Assembly (NCBI GenBank): GCA_963700145.1
Contig: OY969474.1
Coordinates: 480,001-544,000, forward strand
From: an uncultured Acidobacteriota bacterium
GTDB lineage: Bacteria > Acidobacteriota > Thermoanaerobaculia > Multivoradales > UBA5704
Length of the DNA stretch: 64,000 nucleotides
Direction: 5' to 3'
A model generated the notes under the pieces. That model did no database searches, was not told where the DNA came from, and saw nothing but the letters and a program-made list of their open reading frames with translations. Below are positions 1 to 9,410 of this stretch, one piece after another. The position numbers and the translations under genes were made by a program. Position 1 is the first letter of the stretch. Every line of letters starts with the position of its first letter.

Positions 1-1
1 C

Positions 2-1168
2 TTCGGCGCCCTCGTCGCCGAGCGCATCCGCCGCGCCACGCCGCGGGCGGCGCTGCTCTCGACCCTCGCCGGCATCGCGATGACCTTCATCTCGCTCGGC
101 TTCCTCTTCCGCACCTACGCCCGCCCGCTCGTCGGGCTGACGACGCTGGCGGTCATCCTCCTGGTCTACTTCGGGCGGGTGCGCTTTCGCGGTGGGATTC
201 CCGGCGGGCTGGTGGCGGTGGCGCTGGGGACGCTTTTGGCGTGGCTCACCGGCGCCGCGCCCGGCGGGCCGCTGCCGGCGACGGGCGCGCGTCTCTTCCT
301 GCCCATCCCGGTCGTCGGCGAGCTGTGGGAGGCGCTCACGGCCGGCCACGCGCTGACCTATCTCTCGGTCATCCTGCCGATGGGGCTCTTCAACGTGCTG
401 GGGTCGCTGCAGAACATCGAGTCGGCGGAGGCGGCCGGAGACAGCTACGCGACGCGGCCGTCGCTCGCCGTCAACGGCGTCGGCACGATTGCCGCCGCGC
501 TCTTCGGCTCGTGCTTCCCGACGACGATCTACATCGGCCACCCCGGGTGGAAGGCGCTCGGCGCCCGCGCCGGCTACTCGGTGCTCAACGCGGCGTTTTT
601 CACCGTCGTGCTGCTCTCGGGGACGCTGGCGCACATCGCCTGGGCGGTACCGGTGGACGCCGGGATGGCGATCGTGCTCTGGATCGGCATGGTGATCACC
701 GCCCAGGCCTTCCAGGCGACGCCGCGCGAGCACGCGCCGGCGGTGGTGATGGGCTTGCTGCCGGGGGTGGCGGCGTGGGGGGCGCTGATGCTCAAGAACG
801 GGCTGCGCGCGGCGGGCGTCGGCGCGCCCGGAGGGCCGGAGTTCACGCCGGCGCTCCTCGACGCCTTCCTACGCACCGACACCTGGGCACACGGGGCATT
901 CGCACTGGAGCAGGGGTTCATCCTGACGGCGATGCTGATGTCCGCCGCGACCGTCTGCGTGATCGAGCGCCGCTTCCACACCGCCGCCCTCTGGTGCGCC
1001 GCGGCGGCGGTCTTGGCCACGACCGGCTTGCTGCACGCCTACCGCTGGACCCCGGGCGACACCGCTGTCGCATTGGCCCCGGCTTGGCCGTGGGCTGCGG
1101 GGTATGCGGCGATGGCGGTGGTGTTTTTCTTGGCGCGCTGGCTCACCGAGCCCGGAGAGGGGCACTAA
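2..1168 (+). CDS. NCS2/AzgA-like nucleobase permease, 5' end outside window
   Basis: Open from base 2 (FGALVAERIRRATPRAALLSTLAGIAMTF...). Many TM helices; motifs LQNIESAEAAGD and FPTTIYIGHPGWKALGAR are typical of this permease family. Confidence 0.8.
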   Translation, partial: FGALVAERIRRATPRAALLSTLAGIAMTFISLGFLFRTYARPLVGLTTLAVILLVYFGRVRFRGGIPGGLVAVALGTLLAWLTGAAPGGPLPATGARLFLPIPVVGELWEALTAGHALTYLSVILPMGLFNVLGSLQNIESAEAAGDSYATRPSLAVNGVGTIAAALFGSCFPTTIYIGHPGWKALGARAGYSVLNAAFFTVVLLSGTLAHIAWAVPVDAGMAIVLWIGMVITAQAFQATPREHAPAVVMGLLPGVAAWGALMLKNGLRAAGVGAPGGPEFTPALLDAFLRTDTWAHGAFALEQGFILTAMLMSAATVCVIERRFHTAALWCAAAAVLATTGLLHAYRWTPGDTAVALAPAWPWAAGYAAMAVVFFLARWLTEPGEGH

Positions 1169-1174
1169 CTTCTG

Positions 1175-1766
1175 CTTGCTGCGGACGTTCCGGTGTGGGG
1201 TCCCGCAGGCTCTCCTCCGCGCCGGGCGCTCCTTTGTGTCCGCGCTTCGCGTGCTGGTACAGGGGTGGGTTGCCGGCAAACACGGCGGTGGCTTCGGTGC
1301 CTCGCACGGTGGACTGCGAGGGGGGCGGACGGAGCGCCCGGCGCTCCAGAGATCCTGCGGGCCCTAGAACCGGTGGTGGAGCCACTGCAATGTGGGTGGC
1401 CATCCCGAGCGCCCTCCTTGTCATCCCGAGCGTGAGCGAGGGATCTGGGGGTAGGGTGGCGCGAAGATTCACCAGCATCGCGCCGCCCCCCACCCAGATC
1501 CTTCGCTCTCGCTCAGGATGACAAGGAGGGGGGGTTGCCCCTGTTTTTGCCGGACGTCACTTCAGAGTGTCGAGTCATGGCGCCGCGTGATGTGCCGGGC
1601 CAGAGGCCCGCGAAAGCGTCGCGTTCGGGTGAAGTCACCACCAACGTCCGCGAACGGAGCCGACCTGGCTCTGTCGCCGCTACCGGTCCTGATCTGGAAC
1701 CGCGAAGCGGCGCGACTCTTTCACGGGCCGGGTGGCCCGGCATCTCACGCGGCACTATCCGCCCCG
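1175..1766 (+). repeat. Composite hairpin repeat, copy A (three tandem inverted-repeat modules)
   Basis: Aligns by eye to the reverse complement of 20144-20691. Modules: ~1190-1373, REP pair ~1412-1530, ~1580-1755. Confidence 0.85.
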
Positions 1767-1846
1767 CGCGGGTAACGGTGGGCGGGGTAGACGCCCGAGC
1801 GAGAAGGGGCGTAGACCTTACAACTTACGACTTCTCGGAGATCCGC

Positions 1847-2410
1847 ATGACCGCGATCCGCCGTCTCCTCTCCTTCGCCTTCGCTGCCCTCCTCGCCGCC
1901 GCCGCGCCGGCGCTCGGCGCCCAGCCGGCGCCGCCCCAGCCGCTCATCCGGCTCCATCTCATCGACAGCGGGTGTGACTTTTTCGTCGTCGGCTTCGGCG
2001 CCGACTACTGCAGCCGCTCGATCTTCCTGGAGCGCGACATCACGGTCTTCCGCGACGCCAAAGGGCTCGCGCTCCTCACCAACCAGGAGAGCATCAACGA
2101 CGGGCCCGGACCGTTGGCAGCGGGGCCGGCTACGGCCGAGGTGCGGCGAGGGACCATCCCGCCGGGACGCATGGCGGCCCTGCACGCCGCCCTCGCCGCC
2201 GTCAAGATCGGGACCCAGCGCGGCGGCTGCAACCCGCGCCCCTTCCAACAGCGCTTCGTGTTCCACTACGAGCTCGTCTGGTACGGACAGAACTTCCGGC
2301 ACAACGTCTTCTCGCTCTCGTCGCAGGGCCCCGGGATCTGTTCGTCCGAGATGCGCGGCCTCCTCCAGACCCTCGCCGAGATCGGCGTCTCTCTCCCGCT
2401 AGCGCCCTGA
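1847..2410 (+). CDS. Hypothetical secreted protein
   Basis: ATG at 1847 after GGAG; signal peptide MTAIRRLLSFAFAALLAAAAPALGA; four Cys; host-like codon usage. Confidence 0.65.
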   Translation: MTAIRRLLSFAFAALLAAAAPALGAQPAPPQPLIRLHLIDSGCDFFVVGFGADYCSRSIFLERDITVFRDAKGLALLTNQESINDGPGPLAAGPATAEVRRGTIPPGRMAALHAALAAVKIGTQRGGCNPRPFQQRFVFHYELVWYGQNFRHNVFSLSSQGPGICSSEMRGLLQTLAEIGVSLPLAP

Positions 2411-2416
2411 TCGCCG

Positions 2417-3367
2417 TCAACCAGCGAGCGCCGCGGCGATCTCGACGGCGTTGACCGCGCCGCCTCGCGTCAGGTTGTCCATCACCGCCCAGAGCCAGTA
2501 GCCGCCGGCGCCGCCGGTCTCCTTGCGCACGGCGCCGACCACCACCTTGTCGCTGCCCGGGACCTCGATCGGCCCCAGGTGCTTGGGGTCGTCGGCGAGC
2601 TCGAGCTGCGGGTGCTCGGCAAGCGCGCGGCGGATCGCCTTCGGGCCGGGGTCGGCGGCGCAGCGCAGGTAGAGGCTGGCCGCGAAAGAGTGGAAGACCC
2701 CGCCCTGCACGACGTTGAGCGACACCACGGGCTCGCCGCGCAGCACGGCCGCGAGCTCGGCGGCGATCGGCTCGAGCGGCCCGGGGTGGGGGAGGAGGTT
2801 GAAGGCCAGCTGGTGGCCGAAGATCGGCGTCGGGCGCCGCGCGGTCATCGTCACGATCTGCCGCGTCTGCTCGAACACCTCCTCGAGCCCCGGCTGCCCC
2901 TGCATCGAGGCCGGCTGGACCAGGGTCGCCACCGCCTCCTCGACGCCGACCGCGCGCAGCGGCCAGAGGACGTGCGCGAGGAGGATCACCGCCGGGTGCG
3001 GCGAAAGCACGACGGCGCCGCGCTCGGCGGCCGCCGTGTTGACCCCGGCGACGACCGGGACGCCGTCCTCGGCGGCGGCGTCGAGCGAGAGGACGATGGC
3101 GGTGACGCCGGCGGGGCGGTCGGCCAGGAGCCGCCGAGTGGCCGCCGCCGGGCCGCAGAAGAACGCCACGTCGATGCCGTCGAGGGCCTCCGCGTCCCAG
3201 GCCTGGACGAGCGCCGGCTCGCCGGCCGCTTCGGTGAGCGCGCCGATCTCCTCGCGGTCGTCGGAGAGGAGGCGGACCTCGACGGCGGTCAGCTCCGGGC
3301 GGGCCGCGAGCGTCTCGCGCAGCTCCTTGCCGAGGAGGCCGGTGGGGTGGACGATGGCGCAGCGCAT
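2417..3367 (-). CDS. Aspartate-semialdehyde dehydrogenase-like (USG-type) protein
   Basis: Starts MRCAIVHPTGLLGKEL, overlapping the pssA stop. LAFNLLP and WAVMDNLTRGGAVNAV Asd motifs present; catalytic NPNC region replaced by SPHP. Confidence 0.8.
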   Translation of the reverse strand: MRCAIVHPTGLLGKELRETLAARPELTAVEVRLLSDDREEIGALTEAAGEPALVQAWDAEALDGIDVAFFCGPAAATRRLLADRPAGVTAIVLSLDAAAEDGVPVVAGVNTAAAERGAVVLSPHPAVILLAHVLWPLRAVGVEEAVATLVQPASMQGQPGLEEVFEQTRQIVTMTARRPTPIFGHQLAFNLLPHPGPLEPIAAELAAVLRGEPVVSLNVVQGGVFHSFAASLYLRCAADPGPKAIRRALAEHPQLELADDPKHLGPIEVPGSDKVVVGAVRKETGGAGGYWLWAVMDNLTRGGAVNAVEIAAALAG

Positions 3368-4203
3368 CAGGGCTCGGGGGGCGGCGGCAGGGCCGGCGCC
3401 TCGGCCGCTTCGGCCGGCGCGAAGGCCGGCGGCGCCGGACGGCGGCGGAGCTTGCCGGCGAGGTAGGCGAGCGGCCCGGAGAGGGTGTAGAGCACCGACA
3501 GGACCAGGAAGGTGGCCGGCGGATGGAGCGCCAGCACCAGCACCACCGCGGCCACCGGCAGGAGCACGCGGTAGCTCCAGCGGCGGCGCGGGTCGAGCTG
3601 CTTCGGGCTGCGGTAGCGGATCGTCGACACCATGAGCCCGCCGACGAGGACCAGCGCCGCGAGCATCAGCGCCTCGATCCAGGGGCGCCACTCCGGATCG
3701 GGAGCGAAGAAGAGGATCGAGCAGATCGCCCCCGCCGCGGCCGGCGTCGGCAGGCCGACGAACCAGCGCGCGTCGACGATCTTCTTCTGCACGTTGAAGC
3801 GGGCGAGGCGGGTGGCCGTGCAGACGAGGAAGAAGAGCGGGGCCAGCCACCCGACGCGCTGCCACTCGCCGTCGCCGGCGAAGCCCCAGAGGTAGGCGAG
3901 GAGGGCGGGGGTGGCGCCGAAGGTGACGACGTCGGCGAGGGAGTCGTACTCCTTGCCGAACTCGCTCTCGGTATTGGTGAGGCGAGCGATCCAGCCGTCC
4001 AGGCTGTCGAGCACGGCAGCGGTGAAGACCAGGAGCGCGGCGCGGGTGAAGTCGCCGCGCAGGCCCGTCACCACGGCGTAGAAGCCGAGCAGCATGTTGC
4101 CGATCGTGAACAGGCTCGGGAGGAGATAAGCGCCGCGGCGGGGCACGCGGCGCAGCCGGCGCGTCGGGCGGCGGTCGGGCGGCTCGCGGTCGGCGGCGAT
4201 CAT
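3367..4203 (-). CDS. pssA: CDP-diacylglycerol--serine O-phosphatidyltransferase
   Basis: LPSLFT, DSLDGWIAR...SEFGKEYDSLADVVTFG CDP-alcohol motif, RLARFN, FVGLPTP. Confidence 0.93.
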   Translation of the reverse strand: MIAADREPPDRRPTRRLRRVPRRGAYLLPSLFTIGNMLLGFYAVVTGLRGDFTRAALLVFTAAVLDSLDGWIARLTNTESEFGKEYDSLADVVTFGATPALLAYLWGFAGDGEWQRVGWLAPLFFLVCTATRLARFNVQKKIVDARWFVGLPTPAAAGAICSILFFAPDPEWRPWIEALMLAALVLVGGLMVSTIRYRSPKQLDPRRRWSYRVLLPVAAVVLVLALHPPATFLVLSVLYTLSGPLAYLAGKLRRRPAPPAFAPAEAAEAPALPPPPEP

Positions 4204-4844
4204 CCGCCCGCGCCCCCGGGCGGCTCGGCCATCGCCGTCTCGCCGTTGCGCACCCGGTCCCCCTTGGCCACCAGCACGCGGTAGCCCTCGGGCACCAGCA
4301 GGTCCACCCGCGAGCCGAACTTGATGAGCCCCATCGACTGGCCGCGCTCCACGCGCTCACCCTCCTTCAAATAACAGACCACCCGCCGCGCCAGGAGGCC
4401 GGCGATCTGCCGGACGCCGACCAGGTCGCCGTTCGGCCGCCGGATGACGGTCAGGTGGCGCTGGTTGATCCGGTCGACGTCGCGCTTGAAGGCCGCCACC
4501 TTGCGCCCGGCGGTGTAGCGCGAGACGACGATCTCGCCGGACACCGGTGTGCGCTGGGTGTGGACGTCGAAGACCGAGAGGAAGGTGACGACGCGGTGGT
4601 AGGTGCCGGGGCCGACCTCGGGGTCCTCGACGCGGTCGACGAGGGTGACGAGGCCGTCGGCCGGCGCGAGCACCGTCTCGGGCGGTCCGCCGAAGCGGCG
4701 CGCGGGGTCGCGGAAGAAGAGCAGGACGAGGAGGCCGGCGACGAGCGCCGCGATGGCCCAGCCGGGGCGGCGGAGGAGGGCGAGCGCCCCCGCCAGCAGC
4801 AGGAAGGGGAGGACGAAGGGGAGAGACTCGCGGGCGAAGCGCAA
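4200..4844 (-). CDS. psd: Phosphatidylserine decarboxylase proenzyme
   Basis: FFRDP, APADG, FLSVFDVH, QIAGLLARR and the KFGSRVD self-cleavage motif; coupled to pssA. Confidence 0.93.
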   Translation of the reverse strand: MRFARESLPFVLPFLLLAGALALLRRPGWAIAALVAGLLVLLFFRDPARRFGGPPETVLAPADGLVTLVDRVEDPEVGPGTYHRVVTFLSVFDVHTQRTPVSGEIVVSRYTAGRKVAAFKRDVDRINQRHLTVIRRPNGDLVGVRQIAGLLARRVVCYLKEGERVERGQSMGLIKFGSRVDLLVPEGYRVLVAKGDRVRNGETAMAEPPGGAGG

Positions 4845-4847
4845 CGG

Positions 4848-5081
4848 CTAGGCCGAGACGCGCGACTCGCGGTGGCTGCGCACGATGCTCTCCATCCGGT
4901 CCTTGAGGGTCAGCTTGTGCAGCTTGATCCGCTTCTCCTCGATCTCGTCGTCCTGGGAGAGCATCGACTTGTGGTTGATCTCGGCGAGCCGCCGCTCGTA
5001 CTCCTGGTGCTCCTCGTACAAGCGGCGGAATTCCTCGTCCGTCTGCAGCAGCTCCTCGCGCACGTCGTCGCGGCTCGACAT
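4848..5081 (-). CDS. DUF465/YdcH-like small coiled-coil protein
   Basis: MSSRDDVREELL..EFRRLYEEHQEYE..IKLHKLTLKDRM; GAGGAGG RBS upstream. Confidence 0.8.
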   Translation of the reverse strand: MSSRDDVREELLQTDEEFRRLYEEHQEYERRLAEINHKSMLSQDDEIEEKRIKLHKLTLKDRMESIVRSHRESRVSA

Positions 5082-5310
5082 CGTCGGCGGCCTCCTCGTC
5101 TTGGTTGGGGCGCCCGGGCCGGGCGCCGGGATGGGTGAAGGATTTGGGCGGGTGCCCGGATCACCGGCGCACCGGCCTGCGCTCACAGCCGCAGGAGCGG
5201 GCCGTGGCGCGAAGCGTGGAGGGCGGGTTCAGCATGCCTCGGGTCGCCGGCAGGATAGCACCGGGGACCGGGAGGAGCAACGAACGGCGGGCCCGCGATC
5301 GCCTGCCTGT

Positions 5311-5520
5311 CCTCGGATTACTGGCTTCCGGCCTCGACGTACTGGGTTCTGTCCGCGGTCTACTGGGTTCGTCGGGTGAACGGGCCGGTTCTGTCCTCGA
5401 CGTACTGGGTTCCGTCCGCTACGTACTGAATTCTGACCTCAAGGTACTGGGTTCGCGCCTCGACGTACTGGGTTCCGTCCGCGATCTACTGGCTTCGTCC
5501 GCCGATCCAGCCGCTTCGCT
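5311..5520. repeat. Degenerate 21-bp tandem array, about 10 units
   Basis: Consensus CCTCGACGTACTGGGTTCCGT in exact 21-bp phase, units at 5311, 5332, 5353, 5374, 5395, 5416, 5437, 5458, 5479, 5500. Confidence 0.85.
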
Positions 5521-5978
5521 CACAGATCCAGCGCATAGACCAGCGCATCGGAGCCGTCGCGGTAGTAGGCGCGGCGGCGGCCGTTGGGCTCGAAGCCCAG
5601 CGACTCGTAGAGCGCGATCGCCGGCGTGTTGTCGGGCCGCACCTCCAGAAAGCAGCTCGAGAAGCGCGCGGTGCGCAAGCGGTCGAGCCCGGCGTGCACC
5701 AGCGCCCGGCCGACGCCGCGCCGCCGCTCGCCGTCCGAGACCGCCAGCCGCAGCAGCTCGGCCTCGTCCACGCCCTGCCGGAACGAAACGTACCCCGTGG
5801 CCGGCTCGCCGGCGCGGCTGGCCACCAGGATGAACGAGCGCGGATGGCTCAGCTCGTGCGCCAGGATGGCCGGCGGCCAGGGATCGGGGAACGCGTGCTC
5901 CTCCAGCCAGACGATGCGCGACAGGTCTCCCTGGCCGGCGAGGCGGATGGCGGGGAGATCGTCGTACGCCGCCAGCAT
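5520..5978 (-). CDS. rimI: RimI-like GNAT acetyltransferase
   Basis: FPDPW, RRRGVGRAL, LEVRPDNTPAIALYESLGF, RRAYYRDGSDAL; next to tsaB. Confidence 0.85.
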   Translation of the reverse strand: MLAAYDDLPAIRLAGQGDLSRIVWLEEHAFPDPWPPAILAHELSHPRSFILVASRAGEPATGYVSFRQGVDEAELLRLAVSDGERRRGVGRALVHAGLDRLRTARFSSCFLEVRPDNTPAIALYESLGFEPNGRRRAYYRDGSDALVYALDL

Positions 5979-5988
5979 GCCTGGAAGT

Positions 5989-6708
5989 TTACCGCCGCTG
6001 CGCTCCGGGCGCGGCCGGCGCGGTGACCGCCGGCGGGCGGGCGTAGAGCGGATCGGTAAGCAGCGCCGGGTCCCAATCGAGGGTGAGCCGAGGGAGAAGC
6101 TCGATGGTGACCGGGGCGAGAGGGCCGGGTGAGAGGAGACGGGGCGCATCGTCGCCAGCCGGCCAGCTCGGCAGCGCGGCGAGCGCAGCGATCCCGAAGC
6201 CGACGATCGCCGCCGGGCCACGGCCGGCGAGGTCGGGCGCCGGCACGGTCTCCGCCTCGGCGAGCGCGCGCGGCGGGTCGCCCGCGAACGGCTGCACGGT
6301 CCACTCGCCGCGCAATGCGTCCACGGCGGCGAGAACGACGCGGTCTCGATCGACGCCCGTCTCACCCAGCGTCCTTGCCGCGCTCGCCGCCAGCACCAGC
6401 AACGTCGGCAGCGCCGCCGCCGGCACGCCGAGCGCCAGGTGTAGCCCGAGCGCCGTCGCCAGCCCCACCCGCAGCCCGGTGAAGCTGCCGGGCCCGCGCA
6501 GAGCGACCACCCCGCCCAGCTCTTCGCGCTCCACCCCGGCCTCCGCGAGCACCTCGTCGATCATCTGGAGCAGCCGCTTCGAGGAGCGCGAGATCGCCTC
6601 CGAGCGCGCCGCCAGCACCTCCCCGGCGCGCCCGAGCGCCACGCTCACCGTCGGCGAGCCGGCGTCGAGCGCCAGCACCGGCGCCGCGGGATCGGGGGCC
6701 TGCGTCAT
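5989..6708 (-). CDS. tsaB: tRNA threonylcarbamoyladenosine biosynthesis protein TsaB
   Basis: GPGSFTGLRVG motif, DALRGE, C-terminal PLYAR. Confidence 0.92.
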   Translation of the reverse strand: MTQAPDPAAPVLALDAGSPTVSVALGRAGEVLAARSEAISRSSKRLLQMIDEVLAEAGVEREELGGVVALRGPGSFTGLRVGLATALGLHLALGVPAAALPTLLVLAASAARTLGETGVDRDRVVLAAVDALRGEWTVQPFAGDPPRALAEAETVPAPDLAGRGPAAIVGFGIAALAALPSWPAGDDAPRLLSPGPLAPVTIELLPRLTLDWDPALLTDPLYARPPAVTAPAAPGAQRR

Positions 6709-6770
6709 GCGCCGCAGTATAGGCAGGCGGTGCCCGCCCGCCGCGGCGGCGGGCTCTTATACTCGGTCCC

Positions 6771-9410
6771 GTGCCCCCCGCCGCCGCGCTCACTCCCATG
6801 CTCCGGCAGTACCTGGGGGCCAAGGCGGAGTACCCCGACGCCCTCCTCCTCTTCCGCATGGGGGACTTCTACGAGCTGTTCTACGAAGACGCCGTGCGCG
6901 CCGCGCCGATCCTCGAGGTCCAGCTCACCGCCCGCCACCGCGGCACCGAGAGCGAGGCGCCGATGTGCGGCGTGCCGCACCACGCGCTCGAGAGCTACCT
7001 CGGCAAGCTCATCGCCGCCGGCCTCAAGGTGGCGATCTGCGACCAGGTGGAGGACCCGGCGCAGGCCAAGGGCCTGGTGCGCCGCGCGGTCACGCGCGTC
7101 GTCACGCCCGGCACCCTCTCCGACCCGGCGCTCCTCGAAAGCCGGGAGGAGAACCTCCTCGCCGGCCTCGTCTGGGAGGGAGCGCGCGGCGGCGACGGCG
7201 TGGAGGGCGGGGCCGGCGCCTTCCTCGACGTCTCGACCGGCCGCTTCTTCGTCCGCCGCTGGCGCACCGCCGAGGAGGCGCGCGAGGACCTCGCACTCTT
7301 CCGGCCGCGCGAGGTGCTGGTCGAGGACGGCGCGCTGCCGCGCGAGGTCGCCGAGTGGGTCGAGCGCGAGTGCCCCTGCCGCACCGACCTGCCGGAGGAG
7401 CGCCGCTACGACGCCCGCCGCGGCGCCGAGCTCCTGGCCCGCCAGTTCGGCGCCGCCACCCTGCGCGGCTTCGGCCTGGAGGAGGGGGAGCCGGCGGTGC
7501 GCGCCGCCGCCGAGGCCCTCGCCTACGCCCAGGACACCCAGAAGAGCCCGCTGGAGCACGTGCGCGGCCTGGCGGTGTCGCTCCCCGCCGACCACCTCGT
7601 CCTCGACGCCACGACGCTCGTCAACCTGGAGGTCTTCCGCTCCCAGCGCTTCGAAGGGCCCGGCCGGCGGCGCGGCACGCTCCTCGGCGTCCTCGACCGC
7701 ACCGTCACCCCGCCCGGCGCGCGCGCCCTCCGCGAGTGGCTGCGCCGGCCGCTGCGCGACGGGGCGGCGATCGGCGCCCGCCACGAGGCGGTGGGGGAGC
7801 TGCTCGGCGACCACGGCCGGCGCGCCCGCCTGCGCGAGCAGCTGGCCCGCCTCGGCGACCCCGAGCGGCTCCTCGCCCGCGCCGTCCTGGGGACGCTGGC
7901 GCCGCGCGAGGCGGCGGCCCTGCGCGACGGCCTCGCCGCCGCGCCGGCCCTCCTCGCCGAGCTGGCCGGCGCCGCGGCGCCTCTCCTCGCCGCCCTCGCC
8001 GAGACCGACCCGCTCGCGCCGCTCCACGCCGAGCTGGCGCGCCGCCTGGAGGAAGCCCCCGCCGCCGACCTGGAGCGCGGCGGCGTCGTCGCCGCCGGCG
8101 TCGATCCCGAGCTCGACCGCTACCGGTCGCTGGCCAAGGACAGCAAGCGGCACATCCTGGCCCTCGAGGTGCGCGAGCGCGAGCGCACCGGCATCGCCTC
8201 GCTCAAGATCCGCTACAACCGGGTCTTCGGCTACTACCTGGAGGTCACACGCGCCAACGAGGCGCGGGTGCCGGCCGACTACATCCGCAAGCAGACGCTG
8301 GTCAACGCCGAGCGCTACGTCACCCCCGAGATCAAGGAACTGGAGGAGCAGATCCTCTCGGCCGAAGAGCGGCAGGTGGCGCTGGAGCGCGAGCAGTACC
8401 GGCGGCTGCTGACCGAGATCGCCGCCGCCGGCGCCGGGCTGACCGCTCTCGCCGCCGCCGTCGGCACGCTCGACGCCCTCGCCGCCTTCGCCGAGGCGGC
8501 GGCCAAGCACCGCTACGTCCGCCCGATGATGGGCGCGCCCGGCGGGCCGATCGTCATCCGCGAGGGGCGCCACCCGGTCGTCGAGCAGGCGGGCCGCGAG
8601 CCGTTCGTGCCCAACGACGCCGAGCTGGACGGCGAGAGCGCGCAGATCGTGCTGCTCACCGGTCCCAACATGGGCGGCAAGTCCACCTACCTGCGGCAAG
8701 TGGCGCTGATCGTCCTGATGGCGCAGGCCGGCAGCTTCGTCCCCGCCGAGGCGGCGGCCCTCGGCGTCGTGGACCGCATCTTCACCCGCGTCGGCGCCTC
8801 CGACGACCTGGCGCGCGGCGAGTCGACCTTCATGGTCGAGATGATCGAGACCGCCAACATCCTCCGCCACGCCACGGCCGAAAGCCTGGTCGTGCTCGAC
8901 GAGGTGGGGCGCGGCACGGCGACCTTCGACGGCCTGTCGCTGGCCTGGGCGATCGTCGAGTACCTGCACGAGACCGGGCGCCCGAAGACCCTCTTCGCCA
9001 CCCACTACCACGAGCTGACCGAGCTGGCGGCGCTGCTGCCGCGGGTGGTCAACCGCACGATGGCGGTCAAGGAGTGGGAGGAGCGCATCCTCTTCCTGCG
9101 CCGCGTGGTGCCGGGGAGCGCCGACAAGTCCTACGGCCTGCACGTGGCGCGGCTGGCGGGGCTGCCGCCCGAGGTCATCCGGCGCGCCGCCGAGGTGCTG
9201 GCCAACCTGGAGTCGCAGGAGTACGACCTGACCGGCCGGCCGCGCCTGGCGCGCGGCGGCGGGCCGCCGGGCGAGGGCCCCGATCAGCTCGTGCTCTTCA
9301 CCCCGCCCGAGCAGGTCGTGGCGGCGCTGCTGCGCGAGGTGGACACGGAGCGCTTGACGCCGCTCGCCGCGCTCAACCTGATCGCCAGCCTAAAATCGCG
9401 CCTCGGATGA
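6771..9410 (+). CDS. mutS: DNA mismatch repair protein MutS
   Basis: TPMLRQY, FRMGDFYELF, TGPNMGGKSTYLRQ, STFMVEM, DEVGRGT, FATHYHEL. Alternative ATG at 6798. Confidence 0.98.
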   Translation: MPPAAALTPMLRQYLGAKAEYPDALLLFRMGDFYELFYEDAVRAAPILEVQLTARHRGTESEAPMCGVPHHALESYLGKLIAAGLKVAICDQVEDPAQAKGLVRRAVTRVVTPGTLSDPALLESREENLLAGLVWEGARGGDGVEGGAGAFLDVSTGRFFVRRWRTAEEAREDLALFRPREVLVEDGALPREVAEWVERECPCRTDLPEERRYDARRGAELLARQFGAATLRGFGLEEGEPAVRAAAEALAYAQDTQKSPLEHVRGLAVSLPADHLVLDATTLVNLEVFRSQRFEGPGRRRGTLLGVLDRTVTPPGARALREWLRRPLRDGAAIGARHEAVGELLGDHGRRARLREQLARLGDPERLLARAVLGTLAPREAAALRDGLAAAPALLAELAGAAAPLLAALAETDPLAPLHAELARRLEEAPAADLERGGVVAAGVDPELDRYRSLAKDSKRHILALEVRERERTGIASLKIRYNRVFGYYLEVTRANEARVPADYIRKQTLVNAERYVTPEIKELEEQILSAEERQVALEREQYRRLLTEIAAAGAGLTALAAAVGTLDALAAFAEAAAKHRYVRPMMGAPGGPIVIREGRHPVVEQAGREPFVPNDAELDGESAQIVLLTGPNMGGKSTYLRQVALIVLMAQAGSFVPAEAAALGVVDRIFTRVGASDDLARGESTFMVEMIETANILRHATAESLVVLDEVGRGTATFDGLSLAWAIVEYLHETGRPKTLFATHYHELTELAALLPRVVNRTMAVKEWEERILFLRRVVPGSADKSYGLHVARLAGLPPEVIRRAAEVLANLESQEYDLTGRPRLARGGGPPGEGPDQLVLFTPPEQVVAALLREVDTERLTPLAALNLIASLKSRLG

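Noticed and set aside
1535-1846. N-terminal extension of the 291-aa ORF
   Set aside because: It is translated repeat DNA; the RBS and signal peptide point to ATG 1847.
5082-5310. Riboswitch or leader RNA upstream of the DUF465 gene
   Set aside because: No recognisable conserved aptamer motif by eye; would need an Rfam scan.
5311-5520. CRISPR array
   Set aside because: Units are contiguous and degenerate with no unique spacers; no cas genes.
5105-5833. 242-aa plus-strand ORF through the 21-bp array
   Set aside because: Overlaps rimI antisense, lacks a convincing start, and is low-complexity outside the array.
6083-9406. 1463-aa fusion ORF
   Set aside because: Off-frame GC-rich read-through across tsaB and mutS; only the part from 9407 (NagZ) is protein-like.
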